A stretch of 64,000 nt of DNA from NCBI GenBank assembly GCA_040386515.1, contig JAZKFG010000005.1, forward strand, positions 9,313 through 73,312, read 5' to 3'. Shown piece by piece: positions 29,518-39,535 of this stretch; position 1 is the stretch's first letter, and each line of letters starts with the position of its first letter. The notes under the pieces are model-generated. The model had not been told where the DNA came from. It saw only the letters and a list, made by a program, of their open reading frames with translations, and searched no databases. This DNA is from Patescibacteria group bacterium (GTDB taxonomy: Bacteria; Patescibacteriota; Minisyncoccia; Phycocordibacterales; CAIZLB01). The translations under genes were made by a program, and so were the position numbers.

Positions 29518-29907
29518 ATGAAAAAAGTATTTAAGATACTAATATACATATTCCTTATTACCTTATTGTGGGTTATATTTCTAAATACTTTTGGCATTAG
29601 ATTATTCGCAATACATGATTCTTTATTAGAAAGCAAGATCATGACTCTTTTAGATACAGAACATATCAATCTTCCTGAGGGAGAATATAATACTAGGAAA
29701 ACCTACATTCATAAATTTAATGATGATGATTATATTATCTATCAATATTATACTGGTATTCCAGATGACTCTTCATCATCTCTCAAAAAAACAATTATTC
29801 TCGGAGTTAATAATGATGGGAGCTTTTATATAAAATCTGAAAAGAGTAAATCTAACTGCTCTCGAGGTAAAGTTTGGTTTGGTCCTCATGCAGGTTGGTG
29901 TAAATAA
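29518..29907 (+). CDS. Hypothetical membrane-anchored protein
   Basis: N-terminal TM helix (ILIYIFLITLLWVIFL). Confidence 0.4.
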   Translation: MKKVFKILIYIFLITLLWVIFLNTFGIRLFAIHDSLLESKIMTLLDTEHINLPEGEYNTRKTYIHKFNDDDYIIYQYYTGIPDDSSSSLKKTIILGVNNDGSFYIKSEKSKSNCSRGKVWFGPHAGWCK

Positions 29908-29910
29908 TAT

Positions 29911-30381
29911 ATGAACAAATTTAAATACTCTATATACAAACTCACCCACCCTTTCTTCCGTCTCTATTGGAGAATCTTTAAACCTAAAACTTTTGGAACC
30001 AAAGCTTTACTTATATATAAAGACAGTATTCTTCTTACTAAGAATATTAATAGTTCACACTGGGGACTTCCTGGAGGAAAAATAGATAAAGGAGAAACTC
30101 CAGAACAATGTATTTGCAGAGAATTGCAAGAAGAGTTAACTTTATCTTGTTTAGTTCCAGAATTTAAACTTGGAACATTTACATCCAATAATGAAGGTAA
30201 AAGAGATACTGTATATGTATTTGCATTTCTCCTCCCTTCTCAAGATTTTACAAAGCAATGGGAATTACATGATGCAGAATGGTTTAGTATTACAGATTTA
30301 CCAAAAGACACAAGTCCAGCAACACTGAGGAGAATTAATGAGTTTAAAAACAATGAAAGAAATATAGTGAGTATTTGGTAG
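29911..30381 (+). CDS. NUDIX hydrolase
   Basis: Nudix box GGKIDKGETPEQCICRELQEELTL. Confidence 0.8.
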   Translation: MNKFKYSIYKLTHPFFRLYWRIFKPKTFGTKALLIYKDSILLTKNINSSHWGLPGGKIDKGETPEQCICRELQEELTLSCLVPEFKLGTFTSNNEGKRDTVYVFAFLLPSQDFTKQWELHDAEWFSITDLPKDTSPATLRRINEFKNNERNIVSIW

Positions 30382-30383
30382 AG

Positions 30384-33300
30384 TTACTCCCCATCAACAA
30401 CAGGAGCTGGAGTTTCAACCGGTGCAACAGGTTCAGGTGCAGGAGGAGTTACTTCTTCAGTGACTTCAGGTTCAGGAGTTGCACTTGATGAATCTGAAGG
30501 TGGAGGTACAACAGGTACTGTTGGTGCTGATGATGAATGTCCTCCTCCACCATTATTACCCTTTGCATTTAACATCATTTGCTTAAACTCTTGCTTTGTC
30601 ATACACACTTCCTCAACACAGAATTGTCCGTCGAGCTTGATTGAACTATTTTCAGGCACTGCCAGAGTTTTACCATCATCTTTAAACCATGCTGCAATCT
30701 GTTCAACTTTTGTCGCTAATTCTTTTACTGCATTTACAAGTGAAGCAAGAATAGGTCTGTCTGCAAGAGTTAAGAATCCTCGTGAATCAGTCGATACCGC
30801 TTCAGGAATTGCAGACTGAACATTCTGAGCACTAAATCCGGCATAACTATGTTCAGTGTCATATCCAGTTTCTATTTTCCATTTATACAAAATCGGATTA
30901 ATTTGCTTAATCTTATCAAGTCCAGAAATAAACATTCCTTGAATATCTTTTAGTCGTTCGTCAGATGATACGGTTACATTTCCAAGAGAATCAGTGATTA
31001 AGTTGGCACCCCCTGAACCAAGATTAATAAATCGAATTGTTCCAGATGCGGTCAATGTTGCTGATGGAGTACTTGTTCCAATACCCACATTTCCATTTGA
31101 AGTTATTCGCATTCGCTCAACATTATTCGAACCAAAGATAACATCAGTTGCATCAAGTGTTGCCATCATAATATTTCGTGAAGTTCCTGCCGTGTTAAAT
31201 ATTGCATCAACAGTATTTCTTGGAATTGATCCAAGGAAGTTTCCGGTGTAATTCACTCCTGCCTGGCTAAATGCAAAATAGTGATCAGATGTATCTTTGA
31301 TGAGGAATCTAAAGTCAGCTCCATTTCCTGTGCTTGTATTACCCATCTGAACCCCTGATGCACCGTTAAAGTTATCTGAAATATTTGCTGCAAACGTACT
31401 ATTACCTCCTATTGAAAGCGGAACAAAGGCAGCACTATTTGCGTTTACAGATAATTTGGCAAGCGGTGTTGTAGTTCCAATTCCAACATTTCCATTTGCC
31501 TGAACATTAAACAATGACGCATTAGATGCGCTCCAAATATCTATAATTGGGGCAGTTTGTGAAGTTGTTGCTTGTGCTGCAAATGTAGTACTGCCGATAT
31601 TAGTAGAAAATACATGCAACTTTGCTAAAGGTGATGTTGTTCCTATTCCGAAGTTTCCATTTGCATCCAGTGTCATTTTTGGAACAGTTCCTCCACCAGT
31701 TGTATCATTACTATAAAAAGTCAGAGCGTACGCAGATGACATTCTTAAGCCACGTGTGTTTCTCAAATCATAATCCATGTTAATACTTCCGTATTTTGTT
31801 CCTGTGTTTGTATTGCTAAATATCCAATCAAGACCGTAGCCCTGACCGGTCCCTCCTCCTCCAAGTGTAATACGTGTACTTCCTGTTTGATTACCTCCAA
31901 GATGTAATGCACTCATTGCAGAAGTGGTTCCAGTACTTATCCAACCATTTGAGGAATTAACAAACAATGCCGGCGCTGACGATGTTCCAACATTGAAACT
32001 ACCAGCAACATCAAGCTTTGCAGACGGTGACGAAGTTCCTATCCCAACATTTCCAGATGTTCCATCAATAACAAGCAACGGTGCTACTGTGTTTGTTATA
32101 AGAAACTTTCCAGCCCCTCCACTATTTGCAGAGCCGGTTGAAAGTATGTCAAAAGTTTTACCTCCAGTGTCTGTATTGACAAATTTCCAAACTGTACCAC
32201 CTGCTGCAGCAGAAGCCATTGTAAATAATGATCCAGGTGTTGTAGTTCCTATTCCGACATTTCCAGCAGATGTAATTCGAAGCCGTTCAGTTATGTTACC
32301 TGCATTTGGTCGAGTACTAAGAGCGATATATCCTCCATAATTTCCAGAAATTGAATCATCTCGTCCAGATCGAATCGCTGCATTAATTGCAACTGCCCCA
32401 GAGGTATTGTATTTTGCCCCGAATGAAAGCGTACCTCCATAATCTACAGTCGGTGACCCATCATTTGCAATAATGGCAACTTGACCCGAGCTAGTTCCAT
32501 TAACTAAAGTTTTATTCGGCGAAGCAAATACCGCTGTAAATGCTCGGTCAGAAGCACTACTTCCATCAAGTGTACCTGATTGAACACTCAATAAGCTGTT
32601 TGGAGAAGTTGTTCCAATTCCGACATTTCCAGCGTTAGTTATTTGAAATACAGACGTTCCATTTTTTGCAATTGAAACAAAATCAGCATTACCAGTGTTA
32701 TCAATTTTCAATGTTGGTGCAGCTGAGAAACCACTTTGTAGATGCATCAATGCAATACCAGGTTCATTTAATCGAACAAAAGATGTACCTGAAACATATA
32801 CATCTAATGCTGCTGCAGGCGTTGTTGTTCCAATTCCAACACTTCCAGCTAAGTAACCAACATTAGAACCATTAGTAATCCACTGACTACTCACCTTACT
32901 TGCCCACTCAGTTGTTGACGCACTAAGAGGAATTACATATCCTGAAGTGAGTGATAATATTCCAGTAGTAGATGAGTATGATAGTCCTGTTGCATCTGTT
33001 GAAAATGAATTCCGCACACTTGATGTACTAAATATTCCAGTGAGCTGCGAACCATCTCCAATAAATGCTGTGGCGTTCACATTTCCACTAAAGTAACCAT
33101 TACCAATTACTGAAAGTTTTTGCACTGGAGTTGTTGTGCCCATACCAACATTTCCATTATCCAAAATACTAAACAACGCAGTATTTGCAGAGTTGGTTGT
33201 CTGGAAGTTTATTCCCGTTGTTGTTCCAATCCCCTTTATTGCAAGACGTGAACTAGGAGTTGTCGTGCCTCCGATTCCGACATTGCCATTTAACAAAATA

Positions 33301-34598
33301 ATCATTTTTGCACTATCAGACGGACCGATAACGGTCGAGTTTGCAATTGCATTAGTTAATGATGTTCCAAAGGCAGAAGCATTGTTAGCAGTGACTGAAT
33401 TGGAAAATCCAAATGCCATACTATTTGATGAAGATGCGGCTATTACGTTATTGTATCCAAATGCATTACTCAAAGAACCTAAAGCGCTGTTATTATTTCC
33501 AAACGCCGACGTACGAAATCCATTTGCCGTATTGAGTGCACCCACTGCAGATGCATAATCCCCACCTGTTGCGAGGTTATTATTTCCGAAAGCACTTGCA
33601 TATTGTCCGACAAGACCAGCTGAGGTAGAACTACCTGCGACGTTTCCGGCACCGAATGCAGATGTCAAATGGCCGGCTGCCTTATTCTGCAATCCCATAG
33701 CACTATTTCCATACATCCAAGACAGAGAACCTGTTGCCACATTTGCCATACCTACTGAGATAGAATAATTACCTGCAATATTCCCATTTCCAATAGCGCC
33801 ACCTCCACCAGGAAATAGAGGGTCTACCATGTTATCAAGTCCGAATGTATATGAGTTTGAGGCTGCGGCAACCTGAGTTGGCAATGAGTGCGAAGACTGG
33901 ACATCTATTGACCCTGCACCTCGAGCATTACCACTTATGTCTCCCATTACGACAGCATTGTTTGAATTTATAACCTTAATATCACCCTGAACAGTTAGCG
34001 CTGAACCTGGCGTCGTTGTTCCAATTCCAACATTCCCTGTATTAAAATACGTATCACTGTCATTCATCAACCATGGTGATGTAGAAGCTGAACTAGCCGT
34101 AACATTCCAAGATGTTCCATCAGATACAAACAATGTATTTGAGACATTGTTAAAATACAAAGATCCAGCTGGACCTACTGTTGGCGCTGATGCATATGAA
34201 AATGCTCCAAAAGATTTTAATGCGGTTGGCGCAGCATTAAGTGCAGTTCGTGGAGATAAGTCAGTACCATTAATATTTACCTGAACATATAATGCTTGAT
34301 CAAAGTTAACACCAGTTGTGTCCGCTTCAGTAAAAGATGTTCCAAAATATCCGTTAGCAACAGTTATTGTTTTTGCAATTGGAGAACCTGTTACTACTCC
34401 TCCTGAGAGTGAATCGTAAAATGTAAATGTTGCGTTTACTGATGATGATACTGGCGCATTGTTACTGAAAAGTTGCCCTTGGAAACCGAGTGCTTTTGAT
34501 GGACTTGCAGCATATATATTTACAGCGAAAAAAAGCGTAGAAATTGCAGAAATGAGAATGGTAAATAAAGTTCTTCTCTTCATGATGCATACACGCAA
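30384..34598 (-). CDS. Giant secreted fibre-like protein (1404 aa), paralog 2 of 3. It has the same N- and C-terminal modules as paralogs 1 and 3, around an expanded Gly-rich repeat core.
   Basis: Signal peptide; the shared N-module AASPSKALGFQGQLFSNNAPVSSSVNATFTFYD...; at least 9 copies of the (N/A/S)GNVGIGTTTPxxxLxV repeat; and the C-terminal SSDERLKDIQGMFISGLDKIKQINPILYKWKIETGYD...RGFLTLADRPILASLVNAVKELATKVE with a Pro-rich tail. Confidence 0.85.
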   Translation of the reverse strand: MRVCIMKRRTLFTILISAISTLFFAVNIYAASPSKALGFQGQLFSNNAPVSSSVNATFTFYDSLSGGVVTGSPIAKTITVANGYFGTSFTEADTTGVNFDQALYVQVNINGTDLSPRTALNAAPTALKSFGAFSYASAPTVGPAGSLYFNNVSNTLFVSDGTSWNVTASSASTSPWLMNDSDTYFNTGNVGIGTTTPGSALTVQGDIKVINSNNAVVMGDISGNARGAGSIDVQSSHSLPTQVAAASNSYTFGLDNMVDPLFPGGGGAIGNGNIAGNYSISVGMANVATGSLSWMYGNSAMGLQNKAAGHLTSAFGAGNVAGSSTSAGLVGQYASAFGNNNLATGGDYASAVGALNTANGFRTSAFGNNNSALGSLSNAFGYNNVIAASSSNSMAFGFSNSVTANNASAFGTSLTNAIANSTVIGPSDSAKMIILLNGNVGIGGTTTPSSRLAIKGIGTTTGINFQTTNSANTALFSILDNGNVGMGTTTPVQKLSVIGNGYFSGNVNATAFIGDGSQLTGIFSTSSVRNSFSTDATGLSYSSTTGILSLTSGYVIPLSASTTEWASKVSSQWITNGSNVGYLAGSVGIGTTTPAAALDVYVSGTSFVRLNEPGIALMHLQSGFSAAPTLKIDNTGNADFVSIAKNGTSVFQITNAGNVGIGTTSPNSLLSVQSGTLDGSSASDRAFTAVFASPNKTLVNGTSSGQVAIIANDGSPTVDYGGTLSFGAKYNTSGAVAINAAIRSGRDDSISGNYGGYIALSTRPNAGNITERLRITSAGNVGIGTTTPGSLFTMASAAAGGTVWKFVNTDTGGKTFDILSTGSANSGGAGKFLITNTVAPLLVIDGTSGNVGIGTSSPSAKLDVAGSFNVGTSSAPALFVNSSNGWISTGTTSAMSALHLGGNQTGSTRITLGGGGTGQGYGLDWIFSNTNTGTKYGSINMDYDLRNTRGLRMSSAYALTFYSNDTTGGGTVPKMTLDANGNFGIGTTSPLAKLHVFSTNIGSTTFAAQATTSQTAPIIDIWSASNASLFNVQANGNVGIGTTTPLAKLSVNANSAAFVPLSIGGNSTFAANISDNFNGASGVQMGNTSTGNGADFRFLIKDTSDHYFAFSQAGVNYTGNFLGSIPRNTVDAIFNTAGTSRNIMMATLDATDVIFGSNNVERMRITSNGNVGIGTSTPSATLTASGTIRFINLGSGGANLITDSLGNVTVSSDERLKDIQGMFISGLDKIKQINPILYKWKIETGYDTEHSYAGFSAQNVQSAIPEAVSTDSRGFLTLADRPILASLVNAVKELATKVEQIAAWFKDDGKTLAVPENSSIKLDGQFCVEEVCMTKQEFKQMMLNAKGNNGGGGHSSSAPTVPVVPPPSDSSSATPEPEVTEEVTPPAPEPVAPVETPAPVVDGE

Positions 34599-34695
34599 GT
34601 GATGCTTATATTATATGCGTTTTTCGTAACTTTAACAAGAAAAAACTCCACAGAATTGTGAAGTTTTTTCGAGCAAATTTTTTACAATTTTTTAA

Positions 34696-35322
34696 CTAAT
34701 AATTTGACTGAAAAGTGGCCGGATATGTCACACTAACTTCCCCATTTGCAGATGTTGCAACTGCTCTAAAATAATATGTTCGATTTGACTCAAGCGGAAG
34801 CGAAACAACATTGTTTGCTGTAAGCAAACTTGTGCCCGTCATCACCCCTGTACCGCTCAAAGTAACGGTCATTGGAGTCACAAATACATTTTCTGTTCCC
34901 GTGATTGGAGAAGTACTGTAGAATACGCTTACTCGACTAGGAATATTTGTATTTACATTAAATGTAGCTGTATTTCCATTCAATGTTACTCCAACAGGAG
35001 TTGTAAACATTGGCGCTGAACCTAATGTAGTCCCGCCCATTTGTGAATTTATAACCGACATGGTCTGAGGACCAACTCTTCCTACTTGGCTAATGCCATT
35101 TTTAGCCTGAAATCTAGTTACCGCCGCTTTTGTAAGTGATCCAAAGTACCCTGTTACAAGTCCTGATGGATACACGCTGCTATCCGTTGCGAGAAATCTC
35201 TGCAAATCAGAGACATCTGTTCCTTGCGAACCTAACTCTAATTGTCTTGTCAGAGCTGCAAAAGTTAATGCAGGTGCCAAGGCAAACGCTAAACAAATTA
35301 ATACTATGTTGAATTTTTTCAT
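34696..35322 (-). CDS. Secreted protein with a peptidoglycan-binding (PG_binding_1-like) domain
   Basis: Signal peptide plus the GTDVSDLQRFLATDSSVYPSGLVTGYFGSLTKAAVTRFQAKNGI motif typical of PGRP-type PG-binding repeats. The C-terminal half is Thr/Val-rich and beta-rich. Confidence 0.5.
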   Translation of the reverse strand: MKKFNIVLICLAFALAPALTFAALTRQLELGSQGTDVSDLQRFLATDSSVYPSGLVTGYFGSLTKAAVTRFQAKNGISQVGRVGPQTMSVINSQMGGTTLGSAPMFTTPVGVTLNGNTATFNVNTNIPSRVSVFYSTSPITGTENVFVTPMTVTLSGTGVMTGTSLLTANNVVSLPLESNRTYYFRAVATSANGEVSVTYPATFQSNY

Positions 35323-35511
35323 AAGTTTATTTTAATTGGAATTAACTGTCACTATGAATAATTATAAGTATTGAGCTTGTAGCATAACTCAAATATTGTT
35401 AAAGAATATTCTTGGGATGCACGACAAGAATGTTAATGCGCGGAAACTGCTACATAATTAATTATGTGCACGTTTGCTAACTCATGACAAGGACTTATGC
35501 ACCGAAAAAGA

Positions 35512-36540
35512 CTATGAAATCGTAATGTGTTTAATCTTCCGTATTACCTTATGATATATATCTTTTACAGCCATCAATTCGTGTTCATGTGTAAGCTTTT
35601 TGGGGAGCGCTGGTATTTTGCTTCGAAGCTTGGCACTTGTCGGACTTTCATGCTGAATAACATACATGAGTGCTTCAGTTAAAAACTTGGCCGACTGCAT
35701 AGGAACAAGCGGTGCCGCAACAAAGGGCTCAAATTCATATGCATCTCCTACTCGCGTCGCAATACACGGAACATGCATATACATTGCGGTCAATAACGTA
35801 TATAAATCACCTGAACTCGTTCGAGGGGAAATAAATATATCGAAGGCAGGAATATATTGTTCAGGATTTTCCACCTGATCAACAATAAAACAAATCCCCT
35901 GAACATGTGAATTTTCAATTTGCTTTTGCAAAGCAGAATCAACATGACCATCATGCAAAATAACAAAAATAGTATTAGTTAAGTTTTTATATTTATCGGC
36001 GAGATAGGCAGCATCAATCAAATGCTCGACCCCATTCCCTTCATCCTGTCGTATAACAGTTCCAACTATTCGAATATTTTTTGTAAATGCAATGCCAAGC
36101 TTTTTATATATAAAACTTCGGGCTGTGTCTTTTTTTAATATCTCAGTTGTAGGAATCAAATCAATGCCGCGATAAATAAGCGAACGCTTTGATTTTCCAG
36201 CAAGGTGATATTGATCAATATGATCCATATCGTATTTTGAAGTACAAATTGTATGACCATACAAATGTCGTGCACACAGTTGTTTTAAAATATACCAATA
36301 GGTAAACATTATCGGCGCATATAATGTGCGGACAACTTTGATTCTATGCAAAAAAGCAATTAGTGCATATATGCCAAAAGTTTCCTTACCTGTTGCGCGC
36401 ATATGAATAACATCAGGAGTTGTTTCTTTGAGCACATTCCAAAAACGCTTATAGTCAGAAAACCCTTTCTCTACAAGGTAAATATCCTGCTCTGGTATGT
36501 GAGGAGGAGTATATGAATGTATAAAGTGTAATACTCTCAC
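35512..36540 (-). CDS. GT4-family (GT-B fold) glycosyltransferase
   Basis: 342 aa. N-terminal MRVLHFIHSY and a C-terminal donor-binding half typical of group 1 glycosyltransferases. Confidence 0.55.
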   Translation of the reverse strand: MRVLHFIHSYTPPHIPEQDIYLVEKGFSDYKRFWNVLKETTPDVIHMRATGKETFGIYALIAFLHRIKVVRTLYAPIMFTYWYILKQLCARHLYGHTICTSKYDMDHIDQYHLAGKSKRSLIYRGIDLIPTTEILKKDTARSFIYKKLGIAFTKNIRIVGTVIRQDEGNGVEHLIDAAYLADKYKNLTNTIFVILHDGHVDSALQKQIENSHVQGICFIVDQVENPEQYIPAFDIFISPRTSSGDLYTLLTAMYMHVPCIATRVGDAYEFEPFVAAPLVPMQSAKFLTEALMYVIQHESPTSAKLRSKIPALPKKLTHEHELMAVKDIYHKVIRKIKHITIS

Positions 36541-36578
36541 GCATGTATATTATACCGCGATATACAAAAGCATACTAA

Positions 36579-39449
36579 TTACTTAATCATGCTTAATGGA
36601 GACTTCACTTCTTCTTTTTTCTCTTCCTTTTTATATTTTTCCATAATACCTTCTTCAACCATATCTCGATCTTGACCGTATGTTAGATATGAAAGCTCTT
36701 TAAGATTTTCTACAATATTTGGATTGCCTTTTTCTTGCGGCATCATTTGTATGTTAAATGGCTTTGTCGGCTTTCCATATGAGAGCATTTTCACATAGGC
36801 ATTAAAGTTATCAATATTCATAATATCGTTCGCCATAAAAGTGGGCTCAAATTGCTTTTCAAGATATTCTGCATCCTCAGCACCAACTCGATAGACCACC
36901 ATATTTCCAACGTTACCAAACACAGATGCCTTGATTTTATCATCAAGCTGAGCAATGAACTGATGAGCCATTGTAAGCGACAATTTATACTTTCGTGCCT
37001 CTGACAAAATAGTTGAAATAGACGGTGTGGTTACGTTTTGGAACTCGTCGATATACAAATAAAACGGCGGCATATCTTTTCCGAATGAATCCACACGCGA
37101 AAGTGCGGCCATCAAAATCTTTCCTACAATAATCAAACCGATAAGGTTAGAGTTAATTTCACCCAACTTTCCTTTTGCCAAGTTCACCAGCAAAATCTTT
37201 TTCTTATCCATGATTTCTCGAAAATTAAAACTAGAATGTTCCTGAGCGATAATCGGTCGCATAATATCATTGGCCAAAAATACATCAAACTTTGATGTGA
37301 TATATGGCACCATGTTTGCAAGGCCAGATTCCCCGCTTGTCTTTTCTGCAATTTCAACCCAAAATTGCCGCACGATCGGATTTTTACATCGTGAGATTTT
37401 CATGTCTCGGAAGCTTTTAACGGCCATTACTCGAGAAACATCAAGGAGTGTACACCCGCTCGATGGATCTTCGATTACAAGCATTGTGGCATTTCTAAAA
37501 TACTGCTCAAACATCGGCCCCATACTTTCAGGCACGCCACCGTATAACTTTTGGAAAATACTAAAAAGCTCGTTTACCACGAATGTTTTTTGCTCAGGAT
37601 GCGATGGATCATATTCGAGCATGTTCAATGCCATTGGACGTTCTGTATAACTTGGATCAAAATAAATAACATCATCAAATCTATCCTTTGGGATTTTTGA
37701 AAGAATATCCTGAATGTCAGATCCGTGCGGGTCGATAAAACACACTCCTTCTCCATTTTTAATATCTTGAAGAATGAGATTTTTAAGAATACTTGATTTA
37801 CCCACACCAGTTTGTCCGATCACATACATGTGTCGAAGTCTGTCTTCTGGCGCCATGTAAACTGGCTGTTCAACATTTCTATGAAGATTCTTACCGAGAA
37901 GCACACCTGTGCGAGGAAGGTCGAGTGGGGCCGGAGCAGTTCCAGCTTTTGACTGCTTGAGCTGCGGCGCATTTGTAGCTCCAGAAAGCATTGGAAAATG
38001 CATCACACTCGAAAGCTCTTTTATAGAAAGCGGAATAATTTCTTTTTGATTAAAAATACGAAATGAAAAATCATGCAAAAAACTTTGTAGTCTAGCTTTC
38101 TCTGGTCGCTCCCACGAAAATCCATTTCCAAGCGCATTATTAAACTGATTAAAACTTGATTCAAGATCAGAAAGTATTTGCTCGGCACGAATCGTATTCG
38201 CAGCTGATGCAACAAGACGAATATTTGTTTCAACAATTGGCGTAGTTATTTTCTTGGTGATTTGCTCAAGGGCTATCTGGTCAACAACTTTTTCTTTATC
38301 TTTTTTATTTTTATCATCTCCATTGACTGCGTGCTCAACCAATTCTTTCCCAAGCTCTCCTGCAGCTTTAGTAAAATGTCCCCACATGGTGTGGCGAATA
38401 TCGATAGACTTTTTCAACGAATCACCCTTACGCACTTTATCAAGAGACTCTTTAAAAAGCTTTGTATAATAATCTCCGACCTGACTAAATACAACCTGCA
38501 CAGATGCCCCTTCTCCCTCTCTTTGAATCTTAGAGAGCGTATTGAGTGTTACCTGCAAAGGATCATGATCAAATTCATCATACATTTTTATAGGAAAAAT
38601 TTCATTCTTAGTTGAAGTTGCATATGAGCCAACGCTTGATCCATCAGAGTTAAAGATATTATAATCGTCATGTTTTATTTCTATTTTTGCACCTGGAAAT
38701 ACAGACAAAATATGCTTTTCAAAAAGATCCGCTTTTGCATCTGGAATAGAAACATAGAAAATAAATTCTTCACTTGCATCAGCCACTGCAAGCTCAATAG
38801 TCATATGATTTTTACTATCTCCCTGCTTTTTACCAGCATCAGAAATAGACATCATACCTGCATAAAATTGTTCCATTGCAGAAAGAAGTTCTTTCAATGG
38901 CCGTTGTCCTGCATCTTTTTTATCAGCTTTAAAATCAGGCAAAGACACTTCATACAATGTATGCGTGATTGATTTTTGTATTGGCTCGCCTTCTTTTAAA
39001 TCCTTAATTGTTAAACCCGCTTTCAAATATTCAACAAGAAATCTATGGAAATCATCTTCGAGATGAGGGTTTTTGGTTTGATGAATGGCAGACAAAGCAT
39101 TATGAATACCGTATTTTTCCATTAAGGTAAAATACTCTTCCATGTTTTTATCATGTGCTTCAGGCGAAAGCTTAAGAACTATTTCTGTACCTCGAGTCTC
39201 ATGCTCTTGAGGTGTAGCCTTATACGATTCATGCAAAAGATCACGGCCAGTATTGGCATGATATTCTTTTATTTCCTCGCGGATAATCTGATCCTGTTCT
39301 TTTTGTCCGCCAATAGTTGCTTCATGTGCTTTTACTTGCGCACGTAAATAATCCAACTCTTCTTCTAAGGTTGTAAAAGGTTTTTTTTCAGGCTCTGCAG
39401 AGAGATTAGGTTGGCCTGCAATATTTTCTATGTGTTCTCTATCGATCAT
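36579..39449 (-). CDS. P-loop ATPase of the FtsK/HerA/VirB4/TraG superfamily (AAA_10/DUF87-like) with a ~500-aa uncharacterised N-terminal domain
   Basis: Walker A GQTGVGKSS is followed by CFIDPHGSDI, which matches the DPxGE motif of DUF87/VirB4/VirD4 ATPases. Walker B is YLYIDEFQ, and a downstream RKYKLSLTMAHQ matches the RK...Q motif of conjugative ATPases. No TM helices. Confidence 0.55.
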   Translation of the reverse strand: MIDREHIENIAGQPNLSAEPEKKPFTTLEEELDYLRAQVKAHEATIGGQKEQDQIIREEIKEYHANTGRDLLHESYKATPQEHETRGTEIVLKLSPEAHDKNMEEYFTLMEKYGIHNALSAIHQTKNPHLEDDFHRFLVEYLKAGLTIKDLKEGEPIQKSITHTLYEVSLPDFKADKKDAGQRPLKELLSAMEQFYAGMMSISDAGKKQGDSKNHMTIELAVADASEEFIFYVSIPDAKADLFEKHILSVFPGAKIEIKHDDYNIFNSDGSSVGSYATSTKNEIFPIKMYDEFDHDPLQVTLNTLSKIQREGEGASVQVVFSQVGDYYTKLFKESLDKVRKGDSLKKSIDIRHTMWGHFTKAAGELGKELVEHAVNGDDKNKKDKEKVVDQIALEQITKKITTPIVETNIRLVASAANTIRAEQILSDLESSFNQFNNALGNGFSWERPEKARLQSFLHDFSFRIFNQKEIIPLSIKELSSVMHFPMLSGATNAPQLKQSKAGTAPAPLDLPRTGVLLGKNLHRNVEQPVYMAPEDRLRHMYVIGQTGVGKSSILKNLILQDIKNGEGVCFIDPHGSDIQDILSKIPKDRFDDVIYFDPSYTERPMALNMLEYDPSHPEQKTFVVNELFSIFQKLYGGVPESMGPMFEQYFRNATMLVIEDPSSGCTLLDVSRVMAVKSFRDMKISRCKNPIVRQFWVEIAEKTSGESGLANMVPYITSKFDVFLANDIMRPIIAQEHSSFNFREIMDKKKILLVNLAKGKLGEINSNLIGLIIVGKILMAALSRVDSFGKDMPPFYLYIDEFQNVTTPSISTILSEARKYKLSLTMAHQFIAQLDDKIKASVFGNVGNMVVYRVGAEDAEYLEKQFEPTFMANDIMNIDNFNAYVKMLSYGKPTKPFNIQMMPQEKGNPNIVENLKELSYLTYGQDRDMVEEGIMEKYKKEEKKEEVKSPLSMIK

Positions 39450-39535
39450 ATATTGTTACGATTTCATATATAAGTATACCTATGTCGTCTCGATAAAGAA
39501 AGAACAAAAAAAATAATCGCTCCGATATGTTGCGA

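Noticed and set aside
17669-30381. Two NUDIX hydrolase genes (17669-18175 and 29911-30381) as a possible coordinated system
   Set aside because: They are unlinked and have ordinary Nudix boxes; each is simply adjacent to a tRNA locus or fibre gene. Nothing supports a joint function.
30384-34598. Possible CRISPR array or prophage suggested by regularly spaced ~30-nt DNA repeats and tail-fibre similarity
   Set aside because: The repeats are in-frame coding repeats (GNVGIGTTTP units) inside one continuous ORF, not direct repeats separated by unique spacers. No cas genes, capsid, terminase, portal or integrase genes occur anywhere in the window.
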